DNA of 64,000 nt from NCBI GenBank assembly GCA_964016885.1, contig OZ024740.1:75702001-75766000 (forward strand), written 5' to 3'. Origin of the DNA: Eledone cirrhosa (lineage: Eukaryota). Under the pieces are notes generated by a model. The model was not told the origin of the DNA. It saw only the letters and a list, made by a program, of their open reading frames with translations, and did not search any database. Shown here piece by piece: positions 1 to 23,658 of the stretch. The position numbers and the translations under genes are program-made. Numbering within the stretch: position 1 is the first letter of the stretch; each line of letters opens with the position of its first letter.

Positions 1-5435
<5,435 letters not shown>

Positions 5436-6036
5436 GTCAGGTCACCAGTTGGTGCTACTGGTAACATGTATCCCAGTACAACCTGCCTCATGGTCGGGTC
5501 GTTGGCGACTAAACTGGCAACCCCACAAGGTTTCTTGGTGAGGAGGGTGACTTTGGACATCCTGCAGGACTAAAAACAAAACCTGTCAAAGGAGCTCTTA
5601 AGAGTCAATGGCCATCCAAAATCACCGGGAGAGATGACCCCTTAGCCTTTGTCAAGGCAGAATTCTAGGAGAAGGAAAACTCTGATATAACACCTGCAAC
5701 TCTGATGGTATCCAATGATGTTGACTTGTTCTTCTTTTTGGTAAATATCATCTTGGTTAAGAGAGTGGGACTGGCTTTGTGCAGTGCCTTTGCTCACTAT
5801 AAAAGCTTCACGGCACAGGCATTGCTTTATATCTGGAGATCTCTCTGCACTTGTCGTCACATGGTACCAAGGGCCCAGCACTATGTGTCAATAATTGTCA
5901 CAAGTGTAGCGTTTGTACCAGAGTTTTCAAGTCGCTGGCTGGACTAAAAAGTCACACACGTTCAGCGCATCGGTAGGGGTTCTCCTACATGGATATAAAG
6001 TAGTGGCCGTACTCGAAAACGAGTTGGCAGCCACCA
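5436..6036 (+). mobile_element. ~600-bp non-autonomous RTE-derived (bipartite 5'UTR + 3' end) retroelement, copy 1
   Basis: Near-identical to 49105-49713 with the same ends. Contains the RTE 5'UTR-like motif CTAGGAGAAGGAAAACTCTGA, a C2H2-like remnant ([17 protein letters not shown]) and an RTE-like 3' hairpin ACTCG-AAAA-CGAGT. Flanked by TA. Confidence 0.65.
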
Positions 6037-10161
<4,125 letters not shown>

Positions 10162-10295
10162 CTTGACTCTGTATTCCGTTTATCTTTCACCGAAAGTGAT
10201 TTTTCATTGCATCTCTTCTTTCCATGATATCCGGATTACATTGAGTTCTTCATACGGATTGAACACTACCGTAAACTCTTGGTAGATTTATCTAC

Positions 10296-12591
<2,296 letters not shown>

Positions 12592-13153
12592 CAGGGCAGA
12601 TAATACAATGGAGTGACAGCTAACGCCACCCCACTCCCACAATTAAAAGAACTATTTCGGCCACGACCTATACTTGACTGACCCCATTTCACGCGCACGC
12701 GCGCTCTGCTGATTCCTCAGATATTCAATACAACGAACAACGGAGGACACGTTTCGCACCTTTCCGACAGACAACCCCCCCCCCCGCGGAACCCGCCTTC
12801 CAGTTGATGGATGTGAATCCGAAATATATGGGGACAATTAAATCTCTGCCAAGGTAACTCTATCTCGTGTTATTACTTTTACTTTTTACGCTCTTTCCTA
12901 CGTTCTTCTACACACTATACATCTCTCTCTCCACCACCGGATCTTGTTACCCGGAGATTTACCCATCTGCATTGTTGAGGCTTCCAAAACGACCTAAACA
13001 AATATACCTTATTATTCCACAATACTTCAAGCAAACTTCAATACTCTCATATATATATATATATATAACACGATAAATTAACGGAGCCATAGACTCTCGC
13101 CATTCCCTGTAAATAATGTGCTCAAAGGAGAGGAAATCCTGAGCTCTTTAAAA

Positions 13154-13502
13154 TACAATATGTTGAAAAGGTAACACACTAGAGAGAGATACAGTGCGCT
13201 ATCAATAAAACAGGGAAAAACCACCAGTGTATGGAATCTATAACCTATGAAAGGCAGAGTAGACACACGATAATTAAAAATATAAATTAAAGCGTAAATA
13301 AATACCTCTATAACTATATAACACACGTACAAATCCAAACAGTTATAGAGGTATTTATTTACGCTTTAATTTATATTTTTAATTATCGTGTGTCTACTCT
13401 GCCTTTCATAGGTTATAGATTCCATACACTGGTGGTTTTCCCCTGTTTTATTGATAGCGCACTGTATCTCTCTCTAGTGTGCTACCTTTTCAACATATTG
13501 TA
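13154..13502. repeat. Inverted repeat, ~160-bp arms, 25-nt spacer
   Basis: 13154-13315 is the near-exact reverse complement of 13341-13502. Confidence 0.9.
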
Positions 13503-13852
13503 TATATATATATATGTTGAACCTACAGTAACTCCGTGTTACACTCCCTGGATATATATATATTATGTTTAAATACATTTCTTCTTCTAACTTTGATTTT
13601 ATACCTAATTGTGTATGGTTGACGATATATTTAATCGATTTCCACGTGCTATTGAAATCCTGGGTAAATATTCTATAGCTGTTGATCGCGAATAGATGGC
13701 TGTCGTTTATTTATCTATTATTTCTTCATAGGTACCTTTTAATCTTATAGCCTGGTTTAATTGTTTTTTTGTGTGGTTGTTTATGCTGATTGGGAGAGGA
13801 AATAGTGTATATATTTTATCAAATGGTTCTATGGACATATTTTATTGTATAT

Positions 13853-14047
13853 ATAGGAAAAGAGTCAGGACCCCGATGGCTGAACTCCGGCCGTTTCAAC
13901 AGCTAGATCCGAACTAAGCCAGCTGTTGAAACGGCTGGAGCTCAGCCATCGGGGTTCTGACTCTTTTCCTATTGCCCACTCTACACCCTAAGTATCGAGT
14001 ACTCTGGTGCATTATGGTCCACCTGGTATCTTACCACACTTTCTTTG

Positions 14048-14048
<1 letters not shown>
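13853..14048 (+). repeat. Fold-back element family carrying a hammerhead 3' half (also 37936-38290 and 40230-40352)
   Basis: ~50-bp inverted arms around GAAACGGCTGGAGCTCAGCCATCGGGG; the downstream tail matches 38125-38210. Confidence 0.7.
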
Positions 14049-14077
<29 letters not shown>

Positions 14078-14082
<5 letters not shown>

Positions 14083-17000
14083 TAGATAAGGTAATTGCTG
14101 TAATAGAGTGAACGACAGAATAATTAAAATAAAACTACTGTCACAATAATATCCGTTTATGCACCCCAATCTGGCCTACTTGACGTTTTAAAAGACAGGT
14201 TCTATGAGTCGCTAATGCTCACTACCTCCCAAATAACAGTCAGTGACTACATAATTATTGCTGGTGACCTGCATGGTCATGTTGGACAACATTGTGATGG
14301 ATATGACAGATTCCATGGAAGCTATGGGTTTGATACTAGAAATGAGGAAGGTTTCAGAATCCTGGAATTCTGTGACGCAAATAACCTAACTATCTGTAAC
14401 ACAAACTTCAAAAAACAAAATAATTACTTGATCACTTATAGATCAGGGGAACATGCCAGCCAGATAGATTATATCCTTGCTAAAAGACGTGACAAAGTGT
14501 CTGTTGTAAACACTAAGTCCCTCCCCCGTGAAGAATGCACCTCCCAACATAGCCTAATAGTTAGTGACCTCATAGTCAGGACTAGACATACTCAATGACA
14601 GAGGAGGACGACTTTGAAGAGAAGAATATGGAAGTTGAAGGACCCCACAGCCAGTGACAAATTTAAAAGCTTACTACTTGATACTTTTGACAGTAAGGAA
14701 GAGCAATTAGAGACGTGCAGTATAGAGGAACAGTGGGAATTCTTGAAAGTTAACCTGCTGAAGGCGACAGATGAAATATGTGGCTGGAGCAGATCTATAG
14801 GTAGGACGAGAGTAACTTGGTGGTGGAACAGTAAGGTGTAGGAGACAATCAAGGCCAAAAAGCAGGCTTGGAAAGTATGGTGGGATGGGGGAAGTAGAGA
14901 ACACTATTAAGTGGCCAGGAGAGAAGCTAGGAGACAAGTGTACCTTGCAAGAAGGAAAGCAGAGGATAGAAAGTTCAAGCATGTTCTACAATGCGAGGAC
15001 CGAAAATGCGAGGTGTTCAGGATCGCAAGACAATGTATGAAGGAAAACCGTGATATTATCAGGGAGAAGTGTATCCGTAATGATGATGGTGTACTTGCCC
15101 TCACTGATACTGATAAGAAGGTAGCTTGAAAGTGTCACCACGAGAGACTACTAAATTAGGAGAATAAATGGGAAAAAGATAGTCTGCCCCAAATCGATCC
15201 AATAGAGGGACGAGCAGTGCAAGTTGAAGGTAGTATAATAAGTAAGGCAATCAAAGATATGAAGACAGGCAAAGCGGCTGGCCTTCGGAGATAGTTGCTG
15301 AAATGTTGAAAGCATCTGGATCGGTGGGACACACTATGGTCTCCCGGATAGTAAACCAAGTAATACAGATGGCGTCATACCTAAAGACTGGCGTAGCAGC
15401 ATCATCGTTAACTGCTACAAGGGTAAAGGAGATGCTCTAGATAGGGGAAACTATAGAGGCATTAAATTAGTTGACCAGGTCATAAAGGTCACAGAAAGAG
15501 TTATAGCACAACTAATCAGAGATCAAATTGATCTAGATGAAATGCAGTTTGGGTTTGTGTCAGGTAAAAGTACCACAGATGCTCTTTTCCTTGTATGGCA
15601 ACTACAGGAGAAGTACCTAGCTAAAAGTAAACCCCTCTACTTAGCTTTTGTTGACTTGGAGAAAGCCTTTGACAGAGTCCCACGCTCCATGATCTGGTGG
15701 GCTCTTAGAAAACTATCTGTAGATGAATGGCTTGTGAGAGCTATACAAGCTATGTTTAAAGATACAGTCAGCAAGGTAAGAATTAACAATGAATATAGTG
15801 AAGAATTTAGCGTAAAAGTTGGTATTCATCAACGCTCTGTCCTTAGTACCCTCCTGTTTATTATTGACCTTCAGGCTATAACAGAGGAGTTTAAGACCAG
15901 CTGCCCATGGAAATTTCTATATGCAGATGATCTAACTCTCATAGTTGAATCCATGGCTGAACTAGAGAAGAAATTCCAAACATGGAAGCATGGCCTAGAA
16001 TCAAAAGGCCTTAAAGTTAACTTGTCTAAGACTAAAGTTCTAGTATGTAGAAAAGAAAATAGGACACAGGTGCCATCTGGGAAATGGCCATGCTCAGTGT
16101 GTAGGGAAGGAGCAAGTAGAAATTCCATTCTATGTTCCAAATGCAAACTATGGGTACATAAAAGATGTAGTGGGATCACAGGTAAGCTATCTAAGAACGT
16201 AGATTCTATATGTGGCCGATGCTCAGGTGCAATAAGTAGCAAGTGCCCACAGGATACTAGCCCCTTCTACTGCCCAGATGGTTCTATAGAAATAGTGGAC
16301 ACTTTCCATTACCCGGGTGACAAAATCAGCAGTGGGTGAGGGTGCTCTGAAAGTACAGTAGCCAGAGTAAGAACGAGATAGAAAAAGTTCAGAGAGTTTA
16401 TACCGCTATTGGCCACAAAAAGTTTCTCTCTGAAAATGAAAGGCAGATTGTATGATGCCTGTATACGAACAGCAATGCTATATGGCAGTGAGGCATGGGC
16501 ATTACGTGCAGAGGACCTGCGCAGACTGGAAAGGAACGAAGCATGCATGCTCCGTTGGATGTGTAATAGTAATATACACGAACGGCTAAACATAAATGAC
16601 CTAAGTGAGAAATTAGGAATAAGAGGGATCAGATGCTATTTACTTGAGAGAAGATTACGTTGGTATGGTCACATGATGCACATGAAAGATGACAGCTGTA
16701 TAAAAAGTGCAGGGCGATCAAAATTGATGGAAATTACGGAGTAGGTAGACCCAGAAAAACCTGGGACGACTTGATAAATTCCGACCTTGCACACTTGCAC
16801 CTCTCTAAGACAATGTCTCTGGATCGAGATCTTTGGTGCCACGCAGTAATACAGAAGACCCGCCTTCCCTATGGGCAAAGTTAACCTACAGTCAGTAGGA
16901 CCCTCCAAACCAAACAAACACCCCAACCCACTACCCCTACTCCATCCTCCAACTCCCACCAACACCACCCTTTCTCTATAAAGTTATGTTGGTACCACAG

Positions 17001-17274
17001 CATCCAGTCCAAACTAATGTGGTTGTGTAGGTGTCATGACAAAAAAAAAAATACAGTCCACACTGTAATATGGTCGTGTAGGTAACACGGTAAAAAGCTC
17101 CCAGTCCACTGTAAATGTGGCTGGTGTTAGGAAGGGCATCCAGCCGTAGAAAACCTGCCAGATAGTCCTATGAGCGAGACACAGTCACACGAACAATCTT
17201 GCCTCAAGTAGGACAATTCCCGTCTAACCCATGCCACCGTGGAAGATAGACGTTAAACGATGATGATGATGATG

Positions 17275-17277
<3 letters not shown>
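14078..17277 (+). mobile_element. RTE-clade LINE, 5'-truncated and degenerate (APE, RT with PHD insert, 3'UTR, (GAT)n tail)
   Basis: ORF pieces with AGDLHGHVG, QIDYIL, TWWWN, MQFGF..GKSTTDA, FVDLEKAFDRV, YADDL and RRLRWYGH; ends GACGTTAAAC(GAT)n. Confidence 0.95.
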
Positions 17278-17305
<28 letters not shown>

Positions 17306-17453
17306 AATACATAATCAGAGAAAGCTAATAGCGATACTCCGGCCAAATTCCAACTCACTCAACAAACATTAGGAAATAGCTGAGTATATTCCTAATTAAA
17401 CGTTCGGGGTGCTGACTAATTGTATTGTGTGGAAAATTGGCTGTATCATTTCA

Positions 17454-18416
17454 TCTATCTATATATATAAAACTGTGGTTGTCTGTCTGTCTATCGATTT
17501 TTGGCACACATCTCCTATTAGAATCTCTCACGGAATTGCACCGAAATTGCTATACTTGTACATTGAGCCCTAGCGAAGACATCGGAAAAAAAAAATTTCA
17601 AATTGACCCACCCTATGTGACGAAATCGAATATAATGTATCGATTTTTGAGCGTAAGTTATCAGTTATTTCCCTTTGTTCTGTTTACATTGAGCGTCTTA
17701 CGTAAAAAATTACGCTGGCTTTCTCAGCGTTTAAAATGACATTAACACAATACACGTTCGAACACTAAGCTTCCGTTTTGCTTCATTTCCATTTAAAAGC
17801 ATTTTAAAACAATATTTTTACTTGAAAACAAGTCTATTTAAAGACTACGTAAAACAAGCAAATATTTCGTCGTTAGGCGTGCAGACAGACAGTCGTGCAG
17901 AGGTGATATACGCGTGCAGACAGATAGTCGTGCAGAGAGGTGATATACGCGTGCAGACAGACAGTCGTGCAGAGAGGTGATATAGGCGTGCAGACAGACA
18001 GTCGTGCAGAGAGGTGATATAGGCGTGCAGACTGACAGTCGTGCAGAGAGGTGATATAGGCGTGCAGACAGACAGTCGTGCAGAGAGGTGATATAGGCGT
18101 GCAGACAGACATAACTGATAATTTGGTTACGCTAATGTTTTTCTCTGCGTTGCAGTGTTTACATTTTCGATCTTTGTTAATAAATAACCAGTGCAGTTTC
18201 TATCCCCAGCATCCTCTTTTGTTATAACATTCGGGTTATCGTTATGTTTTCTTAACTTCATAAGGCATATTGTTGGTTGAGGGAATATTAATCAAAAACA
18301 CCACATGCAAGTCTGCACAGTAGACACTATAGTTTTTAAGCCAAGAAAGAAACTTAACATTGTAACTTTAACACAGCTACTGAGCGACCCCGAGCAACGC
18401 CGGGCTTTACTGCTAG
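17454..18416 (+). mobile_element. Non-autonomous Helitron
   Basis: 5' TCTATCTATATATATAAAA followed by (GTCT)n; 3' hairpin CCCGAGCAACGCCGGG then CTAG; inserted between A and T with no TSD; internal minisatellite. Confidence 0.8.
17875..18111. repeat. 37-bp minisatellite, ~6 copies, inside the Helitron
   Basis: Unit AGGCGTGCAGACAGACAGTCGTGCAGAGAGGTGATAT. Confidence 0.95.
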
Positions 18417-18442
18417 TATGAGATATATCAAATATATCTCTT

Positions 18443-18566
18443 CCCAGACGACTCAGTTTCATTATAAGATTTCTACAAATTGGGTGAAATTATACCAAGT
18501 TATGTAGAAGCTTGTATAAGATCAACAGATACTTATTCAAGTGGGCTCTTATAATTCTTCAGTGGG
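18443..18566 (-). ncRNA. Type I hammerhead ribozyme with long stem II
   Basis: Minus strand: CCCA CUGAAGA AUUAUAAG [~77 nt] CUUAUAAU GAAAC UGAGUC GU C UGGG. Confidence 0.8.
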
Positions 18567-18932
18567 TGCCCAATAATATTAATATTGATAACCAAATCAA
18601 CATCAATATTTAGCGATAATCACCATCAGTGCTTGAGGGAGCTGCTAGGTTGTGAGTCCTGCAGTTCTAAAGAAAATCTCACACTGTCTCGAAAATAGGA
18701 GGAAGGAGACTACCATCAAAAACAATACATGCGCAGGTCATTGAATTCTGAAAAGAATTCAAGCCACGTGCTTAGAACTCGATTGGGTATGAAAAAATAA
18801 CCATATCGCTTAATGACTCAGATATTTTCTCAGGCAAAATAACAGAATGAGATACAAGAACAAACAATCAATATTCATATAAAATAAACAAAGAGAGTCA
18901 TACCTTATATCGGGAAAGTTCATATCAGTTGC

Positions 18933-19021
<89 letters not shown>

Positions 19022-19051
19022 AAAGAATAGAGGTGTAACACACAAGTTGTT

Positions 19052-19546
19052 ATATATTGGTAAACGGAATAGAAAATGCTGACAAATTGTTCACAGTTGA
19101 AAAATGGTTTAATTAGGAATAAAAGAGTATTAGTGATTGTATGGGTTAGTATTCAGTTGTGGTTTTAAGTTTTTAAGTTTTTACCGGTTGCGCATTTCTA
19201 AATGCTTTTCAAAAATAATTTTGAGATAGAGTGTCCGTGCTGTTTGCTCTGATCTGATTAGTTTTGGGAATTCTACCTGTTTTTATGTTAAAAAAGTGGC
19301 TCCAGCGTTATTTTTGTGTTGCAAAAATGCTTGTGGTCAAAACAATTTTGATTGGTCGGTAGAGGTCATGTGAATGTAAAAAGTTGATTTTGCGCCAAGA
19401 CTGTTTTTATGTTAAAATGTTAAAAAAGTGGAAAAAGTGGCTCCAGCAAAAATTATTGGTCAAAATAATTTTGATTGGTCGGTAGAGATCATGTGGATAA
19501 AAAATTGGTTTTGCGCCAAGATTGAGAAATGACTCTTTCACAACAA

Positions 19547-19600
<54 letters not shown>

Positions 19601-19674
19601 TAGTAGTAGTAGTAAGGTGTTCGATGCTGCGACAATGGCCAGCAGCGATGTGTGTCAAATGGCTATTAAGATAA

Positions 19675-19711
<37 letters not shown>

Positions 19712-19764
19712 GCAGAGTCATTCGAAGGTCAAAAGATATTTTTCAGCTTTTGTCTTATACGGAG

Positions 19765-19835
<71 letters not shown>

Positions 19836-22554
19836 AGTCTCTTTGTATGTTGATGTACGCGTGTGTATGTGTTTGTGTATATATATGTGTGTGTGTGGGT
19901 GGACCAGTATTTTTTTCCCCCTGGTAAAATGGTGTACATTATTCGATTTTTTCAGTAAAATTGGTTCTCTTAATAGAACATCAAAAATCTTAACAATAAA
20001 AGGTGTGAAATGATATTCACTATATATATATACACACATACACACATTCACTACATATATATATATATATACATATATACATACATATATATGCACATAT
20101 ATTTTTTTGTATTGCACCATAGAGCATGTGTGTTTACGTGTGTCATTGTGTTTATATGTGGGTAGAGATGTGTGCTGATGTAGGTATGTATGTTGACGTG
20201 TGTATGTTGTGGGTTCGTCTTAGGGAGAAGTGTTTAGACGGGGTCCGTATTTGTTAATGAAGTAAGATTCCTTGCTGATGCGCTGGGTGTGGGTGGCATT
20301 ATCTTTAAATTTGTAGAGGGGAAAGATTCTGAAGTTGGGATGATTTTGGGCGGCACAGGTATCAATGTGTTCACTCAGTGGTATTTTCCTGTATTCCCGT
20401 ATTTTAATTTGGGATCTATGGACAGTCATGCGTTGGCGGAGGCTGTTTTTGGTCTGGCCTATGTATTGTTCTCGACAACCTGAACAAGTTAATACATATA
20501 TTAGATTTTCCGATGCACATGTGAAATTGTGTTTTACTATAAAACGTTGTCCATCGTTGAAATAGAATTCCGAACCCTCTATTAGGTTGATGCAAATGCC
20601 ACAGTTGGGTCTATCGCATTTTTTTACTGTGGGTTTCGTTGGTGTGGTTGGCAGTACTTTGGCATGTGTTAAGATGTTTTCCATTGACTTGGATTGTCTT
20701 TTGCTCTTTATGATATCGTGTGTTCGTAGAATTTGGTTCATTCTATGGTCCTTTTTCAATACAGGGATGTTCTGGAGGATGGTGTCAAAGGCTTCATTGT
20801 TGAGGGGATTGTGTGTGGAGATGTATGGAAGAGCTTTTAGTTTTGGTTGATTTACTTTAGGGTGTCTGAGGTCCTGGGTACTGAGTTTTAGGGCACGTTG
20901 GATTCCATTGTCAATTAGTGATGCAGGGTAGTCCCTGCCTATGAGTGTGTCCTTTAGTTCTTGTAGCCGTAAGTAGCAGATGTTTTTATTGGAGACTATA
21001 GTACAGATTCTCTTGGCTAAGTTGTAGGGAATATTAATTTTAACGTGTCTAGGGTGGCAAGAGTTGAAGGGGAGGTATTGCTTGGAGTCTGTAGGCTTGT
21101 AGTATATGTCTGTTTCTATTTTTTTGTTATGGATCTTAATGAGGATGTCGAGGAAGGGGAGTTGTTGATGGTTGTATTCCATCGTGAAGTTAATATTTGT
21201 GTTGAGCCCATTTATAAGGGTGTGAAATTCTTTAAGTTTTTCGATGTTTTCGTGCCAAAGGATGAAGCAGTCATCTAGATATCGCTTCCAGTTCCTTTCA
21301 ATGTGTAAGTGGAGGGTGTTTCCAAATTTGTTTAGGACTTTAGTGTAGAGGGTGATTTCCAGGTATCCCATGACTAGGTTGGCATAAGTAGGGGCTGTTT
21401 TCGTTCCCATAGCGGTCTCAGATTTCTGCCTGTAGGGTTTGTTATTGAAAACGAAGTAATTGTTCTCCAAGATAAATTTGAGTCCCTCTATCACGAATTC
21501 TTTTTTGATGCGCTGTGGGAGTTCATTGTGGAAATTATCCAGCCAGAATTGGATAGCTTCTATTCCTAGGTTGTGGGGGATGTTGGAGTATAGGTTGACT
21601 ACATCGAACGTCACTAGTAGGGTTTGTTCAGAAAGTGGCATATTAGGGAGGTGATTGAGCATATCTAGGTCGTCCCTTATATAGCTTTTGATGTGCTTGA
21701 AGAAGGGTTTGAGAAGGGTATCAATGAAGTTGCTAAGACAGTGCGTTTCGCAAGCGGGGCCTGCTATTATAGGTCTTAATTTGAGATCATTGGGTGAGGG
21801 GACATTGATGACTATGTCTGTGGCTTCCTTGCATGCCTTACTGATTGATTCGCTTTTATGTACTTTAGGGATACCGTAGAAAAGGCTGGATTTACTTGTG
21901 AAGTCTGTGATGAAGCTGAATTCCTTGTTAGTGAGTCCTTCTTTGTATTGGTTGATTAGAGTTTTTAGGTTTCTCATAATTTTCTGTTGATTGTAGTGTT
22001 CAGCCTTTTCGTAGTATGTTTCGTTTTCCAAAGTGGAGAGCGCTAAGTTGATATAGAATTCTGTCTCCATTAGGACTACTGTACTCCCTTTATCAGCCTC
22101 TTTAATTGTAATGGTTCTGTCGGTTTTTAATCTATTTAATTCTTCCCATTCTTTCTTGTTGGGGTTTGGCTTGTGTTTTTGTCTGTGCAAGTGTTGGTAA
22201 GGGAAGTTTGTGATGTGTTCACAGAATTCGTCCAGGATTTTATTTCTACCTTTTGAAGGGGTGTAATTGCTTCTATTTCTGGCTAATGATTCATCCTCAT
22301 TGTACTGGTCGAATAGTTGTTCACTAAGTCGTAACTTTCTACAGAAGTCTGTGATGTCTTCCTTCATTTCATAGTAGTTAGGACGTAGTGGGGTCGGTGT
22401 GAATTTAAGACCTTTGGAGAGTAAGTTGATAAGGTTGGGTGTTGGTTCTGCACTAGTAAGATTGATAATTTTTATTACTATCGGTTTCTCCTCCCTGTCT
22501 TGTGTTATTTTGTTTGCCTGTATCTGTGTGCGTACATCAACATACAAAGAGACT

Positions 22555-22605
<51 letters not shown>

Positions 22606-22660
22606 TTCTCCGTATACGACAAAAGCTGAAAAATATCTTTTGACCTTCGAATGACTCTGC

Positions 22661-22721
<61 letters not shown>

Positions 22722-22796
22722 ATCTTAATAGCCATTTGACACACATCGCTGCTGGCCATTGTCGCAGCATCGAACACCTTACTACTACTACTACTA

Positions 22797-22856
<60 letters not shown>

Positions 22857-23333
22857 TTGTTGTGAAAGAGTCATTTCTCAATCTTGGCGCAAAACCAATT
22901 TTTTATCCACATGACCTCTACCGACCAATCAAAATTGTTTTGACCAATCATTTTTGCTGGAGCCACTTTTTTAACATTTTAACATAAAAACAGTCTTGGC
23001 GCAAAATCAACTTTTTACATTCACATGACCTCTACCGACCAATCAAAATTGTTTTGACCACAAGCATTTTTGCAACACAAAAATAACGCTGGAGCCACTT
23101 TTTTAACATAAAAACAGGTAGAATTCCCAAAACTAATCAGATCAGAGCAAACAGCACGGACACTCTATCTCAAAATTATTTTTGAAAAGCATTTAGAAAT
23201 GCGCAACGGGTAAAAACTTAAAAACTTAAAACCACAACTGAATACTAACCCATACAATCACTAATACTCTTTTATTCCTAATTAAACCATTTTTCAACTG
23301 TGAACAATTTGTCAGCATTTTCTATTCCGTTTC

Positions 23334-23340
<7 letters not shown>
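19052..23340 (-). mobile_element. Penelope-like element (Naiad/Neptune-type) with ~800-bp inverted terminal repeat at its 5' truncation
   Basis: RT+GIY-YIG ORF; 19052-19860 is inverted at 22530-23340; lies among TA tracts. Confidence 0.92.
20220..22547 (-). CDS. PLE reverse transcriptase + GIY-YIG endonuclease, open 775-aa frame (first residues come from the inverted repeat)
   Basis: KGLKFTPTP, ADKG, FDVVNLYSNI, AMGTK.APTYANL, RYLDD, PFLD, DIYYKPTD, linker CxxxxCxxC, NLIYVLTCSGC..YIGQT, H..H, KESYFI, LN. Confidence 0.93.
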   Translation of the reverse strand: MYVDVRTQIQANKITQDREEKPIVIKIINLTSAEPTPNLINLLSKGLKFTPTPLRPNYYEMKEDITDFCRKLRLSEQLFDQYNEDESLARNRSNYTPSKGRNKILDEFCEHITNFPYQHLHRQKHKPNPNKKEWEELNRLKTDRTITIKEADKGSTVVLMETEFYINLALSTLENETYYEKAEHYNQQKIMRNLKTLINQYKEGLTNKEFSFITDFTSKSSLFYGIPKVHKSESISKACKEATDIVINVPSPNDLKLRPIIAGPACETHCLSNFIDTLLKPFFKHIKSYIRDDLDMLNHLPNMPLSEQTLLVTFDVVNLYSNIPHNLGIEAIQFWLDNFHNELPQRIKKEFVIEGLKFILENNYFVFNNKPYRQKSETAMGTKTAPTYANLVMGYLEITLYTKVLNKFGNTLHLHIERNWKRYLDDCFILWHENIEKLKEFHTLINGLNTNINFTMEYNHQQLPFLDILIKIHNKKIETDIYYKPTDSKQYLPFNSCHPRHVKINIPYNLAKRICTIVSNKNICYLRLQELKDTLIGRDYPASLIDNGIQRALKLSTQDLRHPKVNQPKLKALPYISTHNPLNNEAFDTILQNIPVLKKDHRMNQILRTHDIIKSKRQSKSMENILTHAKVLPTTPTKPTVKKCDRPNCGICINLIEGSEFYFNDGQRFIVKHNFTCASENLIYVLTCSGCREQYIGQTKNSLRQRMTVHRSQIKIREYRKIPLSEHIDTCAAQNHPNFRIFPLYKFKDNATHTQRISKESYFINKYGPRLNTSP

Positions 23341-23382
<42 letters not shown>

Positions 23383-23516
23383 CAGCGGCTTCCCACCTAG
23401 ATTAGTAATCCCCTCTGGCTTCTCAACATTCTCTACCAGACATTTTGTCTTAGTTTCATTCATTCTCAGCCACACACTCACAGACACACACATATATACA
23501 TACATACTCCTGTCTA

Positions 23517-23565
<49 letters not shown>

Positions 23566-23658
23566 ACTTTAATACATGAATACACATACATCTAACTATA
23601 CACATCAAACATATATATATATTTACTTATTTATATACATTTTCACATATATATACAT

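Noticed and set aside
5470-5520. Canonical HDV-like or twister ribozyme
   Set aside because: ACC-loop-GGT and CTAA resemble HDV P3 and J4/2, but no properly placed P1 exists; the twister core is absent.
12795-12835. Hammerhead-like motif (CAGTTGA..GGAT/ATCC..GAAA)
   Set aside because: Several core mismatches and a G at the cleavage position; too degenerate to call.
17875-18111. 37-bp repeats as a CRISPR array
   Set aside because: No unique spacers, eukaryotic context, inside a Helitron.
19052-20219. SECIS element or hammerhead in the 3' region of the 775-aa PLE
   Set aside because: ATGA motifs lack a pairing stem, the ORF has no in-frame TGA, and CTGAAAA..GAAT lacks stem II.
19052-23340. 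DNA transposon with 800-bp TIRs
   Set aside because: The cargo is a PLE RT/GIY-YIG and the right arm truncates the ORF start, typical of PLE 5' inversion.
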